In this document: positions 43,001 to 58,000 of the stretch, piece after piece
Position numbering within the stretch: the stretch's first letter is position 1
Layout: each line of letters opens with the position of its first letter
DNA from: Promethearchaeota archaeon
GTDB lineage: Archaea; Asgardarchaeota; Lokiarchaeia; Sigyniarchaeales; SOKP01
Length of the DNA stretch: 64,000 nucleotides
Direction: 5' to 3'
Assembly (NCBI GenBank): GCA_016926735.1
Contig: JAFGOA010000014.1
Location: 1 to 64,000 of the forward strand
Notes under the pieces: generated by a model
Told to the model about the DNA's origin: nothing
The model's input: the letters and a program-made list of their open reading frames with translations, nothing else
Database searches by the model: none
Translations under genes and position numbers: made by a program

Positions 43001-46000
43001 AGACTATAAGACTTCAGAATGAGTGGACGGGATATAGTGGATTAATAACCGCAAATATTACATATAAAGCGTTTAATTGGGATAGAAATAAGATATCAAC
43101 AGAACCAATTATATTTAATTTTAATGGAAATTTCATCAATAAAACTACGCAATTTTTAGAACTTGAGGTATCATTTGATAATAAGGGAGTACCTGGATTT
43201 GAATCATATGCTTTTGATTCAGAAGGTAGATTGTCTTTAAATGCTGAGTCAAAAGATCCAAATCTCATAAAAAGTTATTTTTATAATTTTAGATTGAAAA
43301 AGTGGGAGAAAACTGAATTTATTGTATATACAAAAATTTCAGGTAAAGAAGGTAATAGCTTACCAATATATTCTTATGTCTTTGATAGGACTGCTATAAC
43401 ATTTGAGGATTATTTCAATCAAGTTAATGAAAATAATTTTGAATTACAAGTAATATTTATTGTAGAATGTGAAATAGAAGCGTTCTATCTATCGAGAATT
43501 TCATATAATATTCAATCTATAAATCCAAAAGTATATTATAGCCCTCCTCAGAATGAAGTAGAAAATACACTTGAAGTTCAATTTGATGTAGATTTAACTA
43601 ATTATTTTAATAATCCAGATATTTATATCAATCAAATAAAGATCACTTTAGATTATTTAGCATCGCTAAATTTGGATAATTCAGAAGACTTTATTCAAAA
43701 TGCATTAGTTCAAGAAACACATGGAGTATATGTTCTAAATAAATATCTTGAGTATCAAGAGACTAATCTTGAACAAAATCATCTCTTTCTCTCTAAAGAT
43801 GATCTAAAAGATATAATTATCTATAATTCAGAAGCAAACCTTTATTATCTTAGAATAAAAGTTAGCTATAGTTATTCTCTACTTCTTTATATGAATTTAG
43901 GAGATATTTTAGGAGAAATTAGATCTTCTCTTCAATTATTGAAATATGACTTGTCTCTTTCATTTACTCATTTCAAAATGGAAAGAATCTCAGCATTTAA
44001 TAATAATATACCTTTTGAATTACAAGAAATTATTATTCCAGATTATATCCAATCAGGCAGTCAAATATTCACTCAAAATAATTATCTTAATAATTGTATT
44101 GGAATTTTTAACGGTTTTCTCAAGAAAAGTAAAACAAAACAACGATTAATGCTTAGACAAAATCTTTATTATAGAGTAAAGGATTTTGGTATCGATCACC
44201 AAATACTATTAGATCAAAGATATAATGATTTTCAATTCCAAATCACAAAACCAGTTGGAGCTTTATTGTCACCCTCAGAGATATATATTTCAAATGAAGA
44301 ATTATTTAGAGTAATAACATCCTCAGACATATCAAAAGCAGAATTATATGTTATAAATGATCAAGAACAGGATGAATATATTGGAGAATTGACTCCTTCT
44401 GAATCGGAAGAAAATATCTATGAATATAATTGGCAATCAATACAGCAAGATACTAATTCCCAAACAGGAGATAATATCAAAATAAAGATAATTCTTACAG
44501 ATCTTTTGCAAAATACAAATAGCTATGGATATAGTCTTCTTGCAAAATATGAACTTGATAAGCCTGAAATATTAATTTGTAATGGGACTGAGAATTATGA
44601 ATACACATTAACAAATCCATTTACAGAAATTCGATTCAAAAATTCAGAAAATAAGCTTTTAGCTTATTGGAATTTTGAGGAAGGGTGGGGAAATATGGTA
44701 TATGATGCTCTTGAAGGCACAGACGGAACTTTAATTAATATGGAAAATGTTAATTGGGCTACAGGTATAATCGGTAATTATAGTTTATATTTTGATGGAA
44801 TTAATGATTACATTAGAACAAATGTAAATCCAAATATCAATTTTAGAACTAGCGATTTCTCGATTAGTCTATGGGTAAATCCTGAAAACGTTCAATCCTC
44901 AACATTATTCTCGAGTATGGGAGATGTAAATATCTCGCTTCAATTAATAAACAATCAACCTTATTTCGAAATTATAGATAATGATGGAGACTTCCTTTCC
45001 AGAAGTATAGATATTCAATTAGAAATTAATCAGTGGTATCATCTTATTTTTACTTGGAATGGAGAGGAAATAACAGCATACATAGATAGAGCAATAAATC
45101 AAACAGCTCAATTAGGAGATGGTAATTTAATAGGCGATCTAAGTACCAATGCTCCTATTTATATTGGAGGTAATGAGAATCCAATAAATCAATATCAAGG
45201 ACTTATGGATGAAATAATGCTGTTTGATTTTGAGCTAAATACAGATGAAATTGATTACTTATTTTATAGGAATGAATTTCAGGAGGTTATTTCTGAATCT
45301 AAATGGTGGGAAATAGAAAATGATAATATAGAAGGTGGAGTAATTACAGGAGAGAATTGGCAAGAGGGAAAAGTAGGAGAACAATCATTTCAGTTTAATT
45401 CCCATTCAAATTCTCCTGAAATCAACGATTTTAATATATTTGATGGACAATCAACTCAAACAGGAAACTTAGAGAGCACTAAAGATAATAAAGGTATAGA
45501 TTTAACATCTACAGAAACATCATTTAATTATGATTTCTCAGATAATAGAAGAATTTGGGAATATGATCAAATACTATGGGATGAGGACTTTACAGTATTT
45601 GACTCCTCTTATATGAATTATATCTCAAATCCTAATTATGGAAGCTTATTTGAAATAACCAACAACTTAAATATGTTTAATAGATTTCCAACAGCTTCAA
45701 CTAATATAAACTGGAATGATTGGACCGATTTTAACTATAATAATTATTATACAACTTCAAATTGGGATCAAAATGGAGCTTTATCTTCTGAATTAAGACA
45801 ATTTAATTATGATTCAGCACAAGGAAATGATTTAATATTTACTCAGAATAAGGGTATGTGGGATAATCAATGTGGTCTAGAAGATGTTGGAGGAGATAAA
45901 GCAACCTTTTCCTCAACAGACTTAGATTTACAGGATGTAGAACGGTTTTCTCAAGATTTTGAGAATGGGGATTTTACAAATATTTCATATCCAGATTTTT

Positions 46001-49000
46001 ACAATAAAAATTTTGCTTATGATACTAATAGAATTTATTTAGAAAATCAATATCCTGAAATTCATTCTCAAGAGGATTGGATAGATTGGAGTCTAGATAG
46101 TAATTCACAATTTTCAACTTCCTCATGGAATCCAAGCACCCAAAAATTAAATTCTGATTTAAGATTACGACCAAGTCTAAGTAATCCTATTTATGCATCA
46201 TCAACTAATATCAATAAAGCAACAGATGCATTTGTACATTGGGATTTTGCTCATCAACCTGGTACTGGATGGTGGCAAAATGGATTTCTTTTTTATAATC
46301 AAATTGCTAAAGGACTCCATCCTAAAGCAAATTATGATGCTCTAGCTGTATATCCAGATCAACCGAATTTAGAAGAGCCAAAACATGGTTATACAAGGAA
46401 ATTTGAGTATAGTTTAGAATTTGAAGGGGATCTTTATGATGACCATGTAAAAACGGGAATGTCGATAAAGGATTTTGCAATAGGTCCTTTTTCTATATGT
46501 TCTTGGGTATATTCTAATGTACCTTATAACGATCATCGTTGGAATACTATTATTGGTGAAGATTCTGGAGGAGATTTCAATTTGGCTCAAATAGATCGTG
46601 AAGGAGATGGAACTTTCCGTGTACATATAGATGGTATTATTGAATCTACTGAGATTCCATGTCCACGACTTCCAGGATGGCATTTGATCAGTTTAGTTTT
46701 TGATGGGAATAATATAAAACTTTATACAAATAATGTACTTCGAGGAACACTTCCAACCTCATTCTCTCCTGAGAATTTATCAAAAGGGAAAATAAGAATA
46801 GGTGGAAGAAGTGTCTTGGGTGAGAGCTGGGACGGGTATATTGATGAGGTAATGATTTTCAGACACGCTCTTTCTGATTATGATATTAATTGGTTATATA
46901 CATATCCAACGTGGGAATCCATCATTTATCAAGATAAATCTAAAATAAATGAAAAAGATGGAATTGGTCTGATCTTAGAAAAGACCTTGGATGTTCAAAA
47001 ACTTATTCCAAATGGATCAAGAGTATTTGAATATCAAGGAGAATCAGGTCATACCTATGATACTCAAGCAGACAATTGGTGGGAAGATGTAGATGCTTTA
47101 TATAATCAATATGGAACATGGGCGGGTTCATCAGGACCTGCAACAGTTTGGACAAATGAATATGTGACTGCTCAAATAGAATCTGGAAATATTAATCAAT
47201 ATTGGGAAAGAACAGATATTCTATTAGATATAAGTGCTCTATTAACACCCGCAGATGAAGTGGGCTATTTTGCGATTTATGATTATAGTGATTCAACTTA
47301 TAAACAGATTTTTCGAATTACAAGTAATGATGGTTATGATATCTATTGGGACAAGTTTAACAGAATTCAAATAAATTCCCATGATAATTCTGTTATTGAT
47401 CCAATAAATTCGAATGGAGATATGGAATTTTATTTCCATAATAAAGCTTGGGATTTTTGGAGTTTAGATTCAACTGTAAGAGTCCTAATGAATCAATTTC
47501 TCATTTTTAACTATGTTCGACAAATTGAAAGTGAGATTAATTTTAATTTTGGAGATGCTTTAGATGGCGAAAACGATTATTTCTTATCTTTTGCTGGAAA
47601 ATGTGATGCAGGAACAGCCTCTTTACAAGTTAATGATAATAATGTACTAAATATAGGTTCTGGGAGTTGGACCGAAGAGACAGATATTTACTTAGAGAAT
47701 CCAACCTCCATATCTATCAATTTGGATTCATATGAAACAAATAATATAGAAATAGATTACATTTTTCTTAAGAAAGCTGTCCCTACTGATGATTATTTTG
47801 CAGAATTAAAAAAAGAAACTGATTTTAAAGGATTCTTAAATAGATATGATGATTATGATATTTATGATAAAAATTTTGAAATGAATGTTGAATTTGAATA
47901 TAGATTTAATGTTAATGATGAATTATGGTCAGAAGCAAGTATAGCCGAATTTTATCTATATGATAATTATTATAATATTTTTATAAATGATAATCAATGG
48001 CACACCTTAAATGATCATATTATATTTAATTCTGATTCCCAACCATATCTTAACATGACTTTTATTATTGCTAACGGATTGTTAGAACTTAGAAATATGA
48101 AATATCATGTAAGATTTCTATGTAAAGAATCATTTCAAGAAAATTGTATCCTACAACAATCATATATTATATCTGAACAAGTTTCAGACTATTTGCCCCC
48201 AGACACTTATGCAACGTATCGTCAGGATTATGGTTATTTTTTTATAGAAATAGATTATGATTTCAAAACACTCGATGATGGAAATAATTATAGACTCTAT
48301 AATACATCTAATATATACAAGTTTGGAATTGGAATTGATATCCTCAGTGATGGTGTCTGGTTAGATACACAATGGAAGCATCTTAGTAATAACAATTATA
48401 CAGGAATGCTCTCCTTTGATGTAAGGTCATTTTTGAATAATAATTCTTATCTTACTTTTGAAGCATTTAATATTACAATTGCTTTAGCAGGTCTGAGTTC
48501 TTGCGAGATAAACAGAATTTCTCTAATAGAAAGAGCAGATGAAGTGCATCAAAAATCAGAAGTTGATTATTATATGACTCTCTCTCTTTTTGAACATAAT
48601 TATAATAATATATATGATACTTTAGAGCATTTAAATATTACATTTAATGCATATTCTAATGTAACCTTTTCTGATGGCTATTCAGATGCATTTAAGTTTG
48701 ACTTATTGGTTTACAATGTCAGACATTCTCAATGGGAATCAATAGTAGATGTGGTAAAATTACTTCCTAAAGACGGATTCTGGGAAGCAATAGATGCTGA
48801 AGAATATATTAACTCAACAGGACATATCTCGTTTCAAATAAAAGCTCATATATTATATTATTTTGAATATGAGATTTATTTAGATCAATTCCGTATTGAA
48901 TGTGAATGGATAAGAAATGGAGGGTTCAATTACTCAACTCTTTCATGTGAATTTACGGATACTTTTCTGAATATTTTTGATAATGAAGAAGGATTTGATA

Positions 49001-52000
49001 AATTATACAATATTTCAATTAATTTTGATTATAATTTCTCAATTCTTAATACTCAATATGATGCATATGCGAAAGTAATCATAGATGGAAATGAAATAAT
49101 GTTATCCAGCACCGAAGAATTAAATAAACAATTTATGTATTCATTTATATTTGATTCAACAAATCATAATTCTTTTGATATTATATTTAATATCTCAAAT
49201 GGAAGATTATCTATACCTCTTCTTACAGATGGTGGTGATTTTAATTTTGACATAAATATGAGATTTGAATGCATTCAAGAGACCTCAGGAAATAGAAAAT
49301 TACAACAGATCTTTGATATTTCCCTTCCAGATCAATTAAATAATTTTAAAGAATTTATAAGAGAAAATGGTTACCTCAACGTCTCATTAGATTATGATTT
49401 GATTATACTTGAAGATGGGATTCAATTTTACAATTTATATGGTAGAATAAATAATTTAGAAATTATTTTCTGGGTAAAAGCTGATGGTGTTTGGCATAAT
49501 GATACTGTAATTCAAGCAGACTCTAATATAACAAATGATTTAATAAATTACGATATTAGAGCATTTTTAAATGCGAATAATTTACAGAAATTTGAAGATT
49601 TAAATATAACAATCGTCTCAAGTGGACAGAATAACCTAACTATTCATGATATAAAATTCTTTGATCATAGACACAGATTACCAGCAAATATAGTGACTAC
49701 TATAGAATTTCCAGTAGAATTACTATATGTAGATTATGAATTTGAATTGATCTATGAATATGATATATCAAATGGTTTAGATGGTGTCTTTACAAAAGAA
49801 GAAATCTCAATATATAATTTTATAACAACCCAATATGAGATATTGACTTCTACTGATGATTTTACACCTCTTTCCTTTAAATTAGACAATAATTACATTG
49901 ATCCCATATATAATGCTATTAGGATAAATATAAGCTACGAATATTATGGAAATGAGCAAGAACAATTTAATTTAGACTTAGATGTTTTACAAGCAGTTCA
50001 ATATAATCATATCACTTTTGATATTCCTACTGTCTTTGAAAATCCTATGGGAGATGTGTCATTTGCAGGATGGGTAAAATTAGATTCACTTTCTGAATTA
50101 TCTACTCTCTATGGAGAATTCAAAGAAAATGGAGATGTCATGAATTATTTTGGAATTACTGGAAATGGTGAATTATTTTTTGATAAAATAGGGCTTTATG
50201 ATAATAATAATGTTACTAGTGTTCCAAATATTATAAATTTAGGAGAATGGACTCATATTGCTATAATCCAACAGGGAGATTATATCTCTTTCTATAAAAA
50301 TGGTCTTAAAATGGGAGATACACAAATCTATATGAAGACATACTCTAATTTTATTCCTGAGATAATAAGTATAGGATCAGGGTATCAATTGAATTCTTAT
50401 TTCCATAATAGATTTCATGGTTGTATTGATGATATTAGATTATATAATTTTCCACTTACATCTACAGAGATAAACTTCTTATATAATATGGGAAATGGTC
50501 AATTTGGATCTCTTTCAAGGAGGGTTGCACAACCTCGGAATTTTATTCCTTCTGAACAATATAGAATAATAGATCTAAAAACAGGGGACGAATCTGAATG
50601 GATTGATTTTCATTCTCAATCAATTAGGAATTTGCATGATCTAGGCTCCTTACCAAATGAATTTCAAATCGAGTATATGCTTATAGATTATGCTGGAAAT
50701 ACTGCAATTACGGATGTATATAATAGAAATTATAAGACAATACATCATTCAAGAAATTCGTCTATAACTTGGATTGATGAGACTCTTGATCTTAATAGTG
50801 GGAATCCAGATGAAAGGGAGTTGATATTTGAAGGATCATTTGGAGGAGCTAATTTAGACGTTTTAATTAATGGTTTTAGATATGGAACAGCAAGTTATAA
50901 TCCTATATTGGATCAATATTCAATAACTTTTGGTATAGAAAATGATAAATCTACTTTAGTTGCTTATTCAGATCCGATAATGAGTCCAAGCATCTATTCA
51001 AATGTAAATCCCCTTAATAGAATATCTTGGAATGTTAATAGAGAAGATCTATTTGGAGTAATAAAACATATTTTAGTCGATCAAGATGTTAAGATTACAA
51101 ATCCCTTAACTACTAAGGCTACTCAAAAACTATATTTAGCTCATTTATATGATAGAGGGGTTATCTTAGATGATTATATGAGAATACGGGATGTATATTA
51201 TATCAATAGTACTACGAATGTCTCTGAACATCTCTTATATGGAGAATATCTAATTAATGATCTGGGAGTTGTATCTTTTCCAGAATATTCTAAAGTTTAT
51301 GATCTTTATAATAAAATTGATGAAATTAAAGGAAAAGTACTATATTTTGAATATGATACATCTCAATTTTCCAACATGCTTCATCAAGATAATGCAGATG
51401 GTTTTTATATTGAATTATCTATACCAGATCTTTATTATAGACATACAACAATCGAGCAACTAAATATAAAATTCAATGATGCTTTAGGCAAATGTTTTGC
51501 TAAGACTTACTATGATCTTGATTTAAGGAAATATTTCATTGGACCAGATAAGGATAACTATGAAGAAGTAATATTTGGATTTGGGAAAATGCGTACAATT
51601 CCTCTTTATATTGACTTGCAAGAAATCTCATTTTCCAATCCTTATGCTAAATTTGATTTGAGTATGCTTGAATCCATTTCAATAGAAATTATTGATAATA
51701 AGCAATTTCCAAGTTCTTTAATGCAATATGAAGAAGGAATTTCCCTTCTAAATCTTCCATATCAAAAAATTGCCATAAAAACTATTAAGCTTTATAATTC
51801 AATTTCAGATGACTTAATTGAAGATGATCAAGGATTTATCCACTCACAAATAAGATTACAAGCTCCGAATTATTTCAATGTATTTGTAGATGATGACTTT
51901 AAAATTAAACGAGAAGAGATTAATCTTACAGACATAAGTATTTATGCTAACCAAGAAAAGATTGTAGATTTTGTTGATATCGAATATTCAGATAATATTG

Positions 52001-55000
52001 AGGTGTATTTAAGGTATAACAAGTCGCTATCTCCAATTCCCTTAGAAGATATTTATTATATCCCCTTATCTTTATGTAATGCCTCATCTAATGAAATTTT
52101 GAGATTTTCAACTATACGTTGGATCTCCTCAGTAGATTATTTACCTGCATCTGAATTTGCATCTAAATATTATTATACGAGTTTTAAAGTGCCAGATTGT
52201 CTGGGGACGCATAATATTAGCTTCATCTCCTCTGGAACATCATTATATAAGATAAATATTGATAATGCTCCAATAATAGCACTCAATGTTACTCAAGAAG
52301 GACTTTCTGAGTCTGAACCTCTATATCTAGAAGAAGATCAATATGAAGTAAAATATAGAGAGGACTTCATGCTTAAGGGGTGCATTTTAGATAATGATGA
52401 TGTTATTGTAAAAGATGAGGTATATGATTATTGGTATCAGACGGCATACGATGGAGAAACCACTCATAAGCTAGATATTATATCTCCTTATGGAGATAAA
52501 AATTTTATCGATACAACACAGGTTGCTGTGTATTATATAAATGAGGATTCTGAAAAAGCTCCACTTTATATTAATATGGATAATATATATTATTTAGATA
52601 ATACAATAATCAATTCAGATAAAGTTCCTGAAATTCGATACAGTAATAATCAATTTAATCTAAATATATACTGGAATACCTCTTCCATTAATTTTATAGA
52701 TTATGATACTACTTTACTCGTCTCATATAAAATAATAAAAGGACAACCAATATCTCCCCTTTCTTACAGTAAAATAGATGATTTAGGACACAATATGTAT
52801 TCAAATTTAATCGAAATACCTTTTGTAGAATATGATCTTATAAATAAAGAGTGGATCACCAAAAAGTCTATAACAGACAGATTCTCAATTGATAAGAACT
52901 TGCTGTATTATGAGACCTATCAAAAAAATACCAATATTGAAGGACCAAGTTATTTAGTAAATGGAGAGAGAATTAATCTAGATATTCTTTCTTTTGAACA
53001 TGCTTATGTAAATAAATCCAATACCCTAATTCCAATAGAATTGTTACCTGAAAATTATACATATTCCATTATAGATGGAACACTTCATTTTGAATATTTA
53101 GATTTTAAACAAGGAGATATTGTTACAATTGGATACTATGCATATCATCCAATTATGTTGGATTATTCCCTAGAAGAGCAAAATCTCGAATATATTCGTC
53201 TTATCTCTCAATCAAATTACTCTAACTATTATGAATTTACCCAATCTAAATATAAAATTTCTGAAGATGGATTCACTTTATTTTTACAAAGTTTAGGAGA
53301 TATCGATTTTGAGACATCTGAATTTGATATTTATGATCTTATTGAAGTAAAATATCATGCATCCTTAACAAGAAGAGTTGATCTATCTAGTAGTATTCTA
53401 CTATTGGTTCAAGATGAGACGGGTAATTACCTACCAGTTGATACAATTCCTATTGATAGTTTAGGATTATTTGAATATCAAAAGACATTTTCAATTGATA
53501 GTCTTCCATTACCTATGAATTATGGAAAGACTCTTGTAAATATGAGAATAGATTATTTACCAATTAATATTTATGACAAAACTAAAGAATCCATCCAACA
53601 AATTGATTATGAATTTGAGGGTAAGAAAAGATATTCAATAAAAGAATCTAATGATTGGAATAAGGAATTTCGAATCTATACTATTCCAAGAAAAGTTAAG
53701 CTGGAAATGATAGAAGATCCAACTCAACAAATGGTGGTAAGTCAGACATTTAAGGAAAATAGAGAATATCAATTAAATCAAAATCCATTAGAGACAATTG
53801 AACAAGGAGAAGAATATTCATCTCTGCAAATTGATGCTTTAGTAAAGCAAGATTATGATTTTACCTTTAAACTTACAGATTTTAGTGAGAACAATCCTAT
53901 TGAAAATTCAATTGTTTGGGCTCATATCGGATTAATACCAAAAAGCGAGACGCAATTTCTAAATCCTAAAGCTATAACTGACAGTGGATTACCGATTTAT
54001 TATGAATCTTTAGGAACTGAGCTATTTAGCTCAAGAGGTCCAGGCGAAGGACCGAATAAGATGTATGGATGCCCTCTTATCTATGATAATGATAATACAT
54101 TTTTCTCATATGGACCATATTATTGGGATTATCGAATCACTAATGAACTGGGAGAGGTATCATTCAATATCTCTTTAGATCAAGATTATCTTGAAGATTT
54201 CAAACAGAATTTTGGGGATTCAGAAGATATTACTTCAATTGAAGATGTTGTCCTTTATATTAGAGTCTTTTCCTCATATTTTAATTGGCAGGATATGAGT
54301 ATTGATCATCCAGAACATTATATATGCTCAAAGCAGGGAGATATATTTGATGGTCAATCCATTCTTGAAAATTATGATTTCACTGATTTATCCCTTCAAG
54401 ATTCTACTTATGCTGAAGGGATTATAAGATTACATAAAAAAGATATTGCATTGGGGATTGTTGATAGACTATCATATCAATTAAGAGAAAATATTCCTGA
54501 ATATGATGATTTTTCATTTAATATATATTGTACTGAAGCAGAACCCATTCCAAGTTCTTCTTCTCTCTCTCTGTCCTCTCTTCTTCAAGTCTATGAATCA
54601 AAAGATTTAGAAGCTACAATGACGAGTATTCTAAATGAAAATCATTCATATATTTTAAAAGCGAAATTCATTGATCCTCAAGGGAATGCTGTAAGGAATC
54701 CTTATATCACAGAAGAAAAATCCTATGACTTTTTCTTTTCAATAAAAAATGGATTTAATAGTGGAAAGATCACAATTCCAAATGATACAATAGCATACAT
54801 CATAAATGCTTTAGGTCTTGGAATGTCCACTATTCAAATTCAAGTATTAGAATCAGCATATTATAAATTTTCTCCAATTATCACAGTACCTTTTGATATC
54901 CAATCTGAAAATTATCTAAGGTTCGGAGAAAAAAATCTAAAATTAGATTTGATTGAGCCATATATCTCAGCATGGGGAAATGCCTATAGTAATAATGAGG

Positions 55001-58000
55001 AAATGCCATTTGAATCTAATTACCCCTATTTAATTGGAACTCTATGGGTAGAACCTGAAATTGATGGAGGAAATGATCTATCGATTCAGGACTATATTGA
55101 AATGAACATAGATTGTACTATTTACAATGATGATGGTACAACAAGCACATTTCCTCTACGAGAGGGAGTAATGATACGCCCCGGTAATCATGATGGAATC
55201 ATGACATTTTCCATTGGATTAGGACCTGAAGATGCTTTCCTAATGGGACTGGAATGTGATATAAATTTACGTTTCAATATAGATTATACTAAAGATCAAA
55301 TTTATCAAGATCAAAGGGATATAGAGATCTATTTACTTGATCTTAGACTTGAATCCAATCCAACAAGTAATAATCCAACTATTTATTGGTCTATTTACAA
55401 TGATAAATTTAGTTCAGAGAATATAGACATTGATATAACAAATGGAATTAGCGAGGCATCAGGATTATTAACATTACGAGATCAAGAAATCTTTTTTATA
55501 TATTCAAATGATACTAAAAGATATGGATTACCTTCTGAAAATGAATTACTTTCCTTAAAATCTCAAGAGAATATAATCCCTATTACTGTGAAAGGCGTAA
55601 AAGACGGATCTGAATATGAATTTAGAAGAGATATTGATTATATTATACCCTATATTCATTCGGAAAATCTTGAAAATGCATCTATCATAGAGTTTATAGA
55701 ATATCCAGATGAAGAAACAGAATTTAGTATAACCTATATGTTTGATTTTAATTATGATTCTAATTATTATGGTCTTATTTCACTAGGATACTCAAATACC
55801 CTTAATCAAAGCTCAATAAATTTAAAAATACCCAAATCTCTTCTTCCAGAATCTAGTAAGGCTAAATCACCAATGTTTACAAGATTTACTGATAGGTTTA
55901 TTGGAACAGGAATACAAAGTGAATTTATTTTAGATTATTCGCTTGATGACACCCCTATTTGGAATGATGATAATTTTATTATTTATAATTCCCGAGAAAT
56001 TGAAAGTCAAAATGGAAATTTCAATGTAGATTTATATCAAGGGTATCCAAGATTAATCTTCGAAAATGCTCCACCTTCTGATTTAGAATTTAAAGTTATG
56101 TATGGTATTAAATCTGGATATAATCTTGGTTATGGATTTCAAAAAATAGATAAATCATACAGTGATTCCATTAGGTTACTATATTATGGTGAGACTCCTT
56201 CTTCTCAAATAATAGATGAGATGAGAAAGCCTCTCACTTCTTACAATCCTAATAATAATTCCCTTTATATTGCTTTAGATAATTCAGAAAAGACAAGATT
56301 AGAATTACTGAGTTTACCATTGTTATATGCACCTGAGATCAGCCTATATTTTGTGTTTGATGAGATTATATTGGATTTAATAGAAAAGTATAATGAATTG
56401 GATAAAAACAACTTAAAAATCGAATTTAAATATACAACTAATGATGGATTTTATGAATTTTACTCTGATCCTATTTTTATAGATTTGGATTATAATGAGC
56501 TATATTTTGATATAGAAAACAATGCTTATACCTTTAGTTATCAAAAAGATTTGCAACCAATTTATGATATGGTTGGAACAAATAATCTTGATATAGAAAT
56601 TAAAATTTCCGAATTGGGCGATAATGTTCATATTCCATATCTTATTTTAGATTCCTTTGAATATCTAACGGATGAAAGAATCATTGAGACTTATAATAAT
56701 ATACCTCTAGACAACAAAGGAGATATGGATATAGATTCAATTATTAATACTAATCACTATTATCAAATATTTAGTACAGATTTAATCACAGAATATAATC
56801 TATTGAGCAATTCTGAAGTTACAGTAGGACTTAAAGACCTTCAAGACACAGAATTAGTATCCCTTCAAAAAACTGAGAATGAAGAATTTAATTTCCTATA
56901 TTATGGAGATGAGAGGACAATATCGCTTGATGATTCAAGCTATATTCCAAATTTAGGGATGTTCATTAATACTTATGAATCTAATGAAATTGGGTATCAA
57001 GATGGCTTTCTCGATCTCTATTATGGTTCTGGGACTGAAATAGATGGGGAAAAGTATTACGATAAGGATATTTATATGGAATATGGTACTTATGCGGTTG
57101 CTGATTATTATTCTAGAGTTGTTGATTATACCTCTATTTCGTGGGAAGATTGTTACGAGTTTACTGATAAATTCCTAACAACAGACAATATAGACGTATC
57201 AGGGGAAGTTTTCTATCATCAATTATTTAGTTTAAATTCTGATATAAACAATTCTGCTGTAATGAATTCTATTTTCCCAGAATATGATAACATTTATTTT
57301 GGTATTGAACTAGCAAGGGATCTTGATATCTCAAGGATAGGAGCTGTTGGGAAGCCCTATTATTACGCTATAGGGGCACAAGGATTTCCAATTGGGGAAT
57401 ATCGAGAATTATACTGTAATGTTATAGCAAATGGAGATCAGATATATAATCCTACTCCTTCACAATTTGTCATAGAAAAAGAGAGTGAGTATCGGTTAGC
57501 GTATGATGAAAATAATACGGCATACCTACTTTTCTTCATTCCTTTATATGAATTAAGCACATTTACAGATATAAATGATTATATTATGGTGGATTTCTGG
57601 GCAAATGCAGAATTTACTTATGGAAAAGATTATTATATACATGAAAATCCAGAAAACTCATATATCTCGGAATTAGAATTCGATTTTAGTTATAGTAGTG
57701 TATATTCATATAATGTACATCCAGATTTTAAAAACAATAATCATTTCAATATTAAATATTATGCCTTGGAGTGGGAAAATGCTAATGAACATTATATTAT
57801 GGATTCTTCAGATTCATTTACATTCCAAGAAAAAGAAAAATATAATATCTCCATTTTATATTCAAATGCTAAAAATTCAGATAAATTCAGTGTTCAATAT
57901 CTTGTTCCAGAAGGACAATACATGAAAGGTTCAGAGCTTTTTACAACTATATATACTTTAATGCAAAATAGCAACAATGAAGAAAAATTAATACAAATTA

